Positions 62,409 through 64,000 of a stretch of DNA of 64,000 nucleotides are shown here, one piece after another; position 1 is the first letter of the stretch; each line of letters begins with the position of its first letter. The notes under the pieces are model-generated. The model saw only the letters and a program-made list of their open reading frames with translations. It was not told where the DNA came from and made no database searches. Source of the DNA: an uncultured delta proteobacterium (GTDB lineage: Bacteria > Desulfobacterota > Binatia > UBA9968); the NCBI GenBank assembly GCA_963804165.1, contig CAWDPO010000002.1:96001-160000 (forward strand), in the 5' to 3' direction. The translations under genes and the position numbers were made by a program.

Positions 62409-64000
62409 TTATTTTTCGTCTATGGGGATCACGCCCGTCCAAGACCCATCAGGTGGATGCATCCGGTACTCCTTACAAAGTTTAAGGTAGAACAGTGACA
62501 GGCTATCTGCGCCGAGAATATCGATGCATTCATGAAATTTCTTTTCGGCATCGTCCCAAGCGCGCCGTCGGAATGCGCCTAGGGCGTCGGAAAAGATAGC
62601 GCAAGCCTGCTTCTGATTTTCATTGGCATCTTCCGCCCGATCTAGCAATTCGTAAACTACGACCGGCTGTGTCTTACCTCTCAGCAAGAAGCTCCCCGCG
62701 TTTCTCGTCATAAAATCATTTAAATCGTGGACGACCTCTTGAGAAACCAATATCTGAGTCCCTAGATATTTATTTAGACCGTCCAGCCGAGCCACTGTGT
62801 TGACCGTATCCCCCGTAACGCCATACTCATAATGATCCCCGGCGCCCATGTTGCCGAGGTATATTTCGCCGGCGTGGACCGCAATGCGGGTCGGAAGACT
62901 GACGCTCGCAAAGGCCTGATTGAATCGAACGACGGCTTTGGCAAGCCCCAAAGCTGCCGCACAAGCTTTTTTCCCGAGCGTCACGTCCGGACCTTGCGCC
63001 TGCCAGATAGCCAAAATCGAATCTCCCTTGAGCTCAACCACAAGACCGCCGTGTTGCTTGATCGGCTCAAAGGTGGTCTCGAAATACTCGTGCATGAGGT
63101 CGCTTAACTCCCGCGGACCCATCTTTTCCGACAGGTTCGTATAACCCGCAGCATCGGCGAACAAACAAGCACCGTAGACGGTTTGCCCGCCGCGTCTGAT
63201 ATCGACGATGTTTCGCGCCATCTGATTGACCACATCGTTCGGAACATAGTAACCCAACGCATTCCGAATATTCTGCCGTTCTTTGTTGGTTTCGAAATAA
63301 TTTAATAACATGGAGCCGACGATGCCGAGAGGCGTTTGCACAAGGAGCGGAATGACAATCGGATACCAGGTGGCTTCGGCTTTGAACTGATACTCGGCAG
63401 CCGCCAGATAGAGAAGGCTCAAAATCACAACTGCGACCGCAGCCGGTATGGTTCCGGTCGCGCGGCAGATCGTACCGATGACCATACCCCAGACGAGAAT
63501 AATGAAAATGTAGGAATATGAACTGATCGTTTTTACCGGTGAATCTTCGAGAAGATTCGCAAACGCCGTCGCGGCAATTTCCACGCCGCTGATAAATACG
63601 CCGTTGGCTTGTGAATAAACCGTATGGAAGCTGTCCTGTCGTTCCGCGAGCAAGATTTCCGAATATCCGACAAAAACAGCTTTCCCCTTGAGCTCCACCG
63701 GTTTTTTGTCGCCGGAAATTCCACCGGGGCGCAAGGCGTGATTATAGGGGACGGTCGTTAGCGTCCGGGGCGGACCGTAATAATTGAGATAGCGGCGATT
63801 TTCGCCGCCGTACATTCTTACAAGAGACTTGAGCAATCTGTACTTTTCGCCGTGGCTTGCCGCGAGATTCGAGCGCTCCAACTGCGCGATCATTTTCTCT
63901 GAAAGGGTTGGGTCGCTTTCAAAAATTTCCCTTATATCTCTCATGAATTTCGCGACGCCTCGGGCTTGTAGCCCAGTACCGACAGTCCACGGCAGCCTTC
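62409..64000 (-). CDS. CHASE2-domain membrane class III nucleotide cyclase, 5' end outside the window
   Basis: CHASE2 tail (LNYYGP, LKGKAVFVG, SGVEIAATAFANLL), three TMs, catalytic FADAAGYT, ELKGD and GDTVNTVARL; frame stays open to 64000. Confidence 0.9.
   Translation of the reverse strand, partial: RLPWTVGTGLQARGVAKFMRDIREIFESDPTLSEKMIAQLERSNLAASHGEKYRLLKSLVRMYGGENRRYLNYYGPPRTLTTVPYNHALRPGGISGDKKPVELKGKAVFVGYSEILLAERQDSFHTVYSQANGVFISGVEIAATAFANLLEDSPVKTISSYSYIFIILVWGMVIGTICRATGTIPAAVAVVILSLLYLAAAEYQFKAEATWYPIVIPLLVQTPLGIVGSMLLNYFETNKERQNIRNALGYYVPNDVVNQMARNIVDIRRGGQTVYGACLFADAAGYTNLSEKMGPRELSDLMHEYFETTFEPIKQHGGLVVELKGDSILAIWQAQGPDVTLGKKACAAALGLAKAVVRFNQAFASVSLPTRIAVHAGEIYLGNMGAGDHYEYGVTGDTVNTVARLDGLNKYLGTQILVSQEVVHDLNDFMTRNAGSFLLRGKTQPVVVYELLDRAEDANENQKQACAIFSDALGAFRRRAWDDAEKKFHECIDILGADSLSLFYLKLCKEYRMHPPDGSWTGVIPIDEK

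Noticed and set aside
1-64000. CRISPR array, tRNA, rRNA, prophage or defence genes
   Set aside because: No regularly spaced direct repeats, cloverleaf or rRNA-like sequence, or phage/defence protein motifs were recognised by eye.

Overview
Mostly core chromosome of a GC-rich Gram-negative bacterium. Gene content (lpxI, SUF operon with SufU, cofH, many orphan solute-binding proteins) suggests a deltaproteobacterial-like lineage such as Binatia, which is inference only. Many genes, including essential ones, are broken by 1-nt indels clustered at about 13.5-24 kb and 48-52 kb, most simply explained as long-read consensus errors. Layout: 1-27 kb is a minus-strand envelope supercluster (lysS, lolC/E, lolD, bamA, skp, lpxD, fabZ, lpxA, lpxI, gnnA-like, lpxB, msbA, waaA, lpxK, epimerase, heptosyltransferases, three LPS kinases, glycosyltransferases). 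27-34 kb holds metF and an Rrf2-led SUF operon that lacks sufB and ends in two DUF59 genes plus an atypical truncated globin. 34-38 kb has aromatic-catabolism-type genes. 38-45 kb has def, cofH, aspS and hisS. 45-56 kb has transporter parts, a nested MITE-like repeat, ppk2, aapJQM and a sigma54-type small ORF. 56-64 kb is an accessory block: an IS1202-like remnant, a DyP peroxidase, a 99-aa orphan, a FecR-TPR-beta-barrel outer-membrane protein and a CHASE2 class III cyclase. The best candidate for an undescribed system is that last pair. The cyclase carries the Glu/Gly specificity signature of the guanylyl cyclase Cya2, which suggests a trans-envelope cGMP signalling module. No rRNA, tRNA, CRISPR array or prophage was seen.
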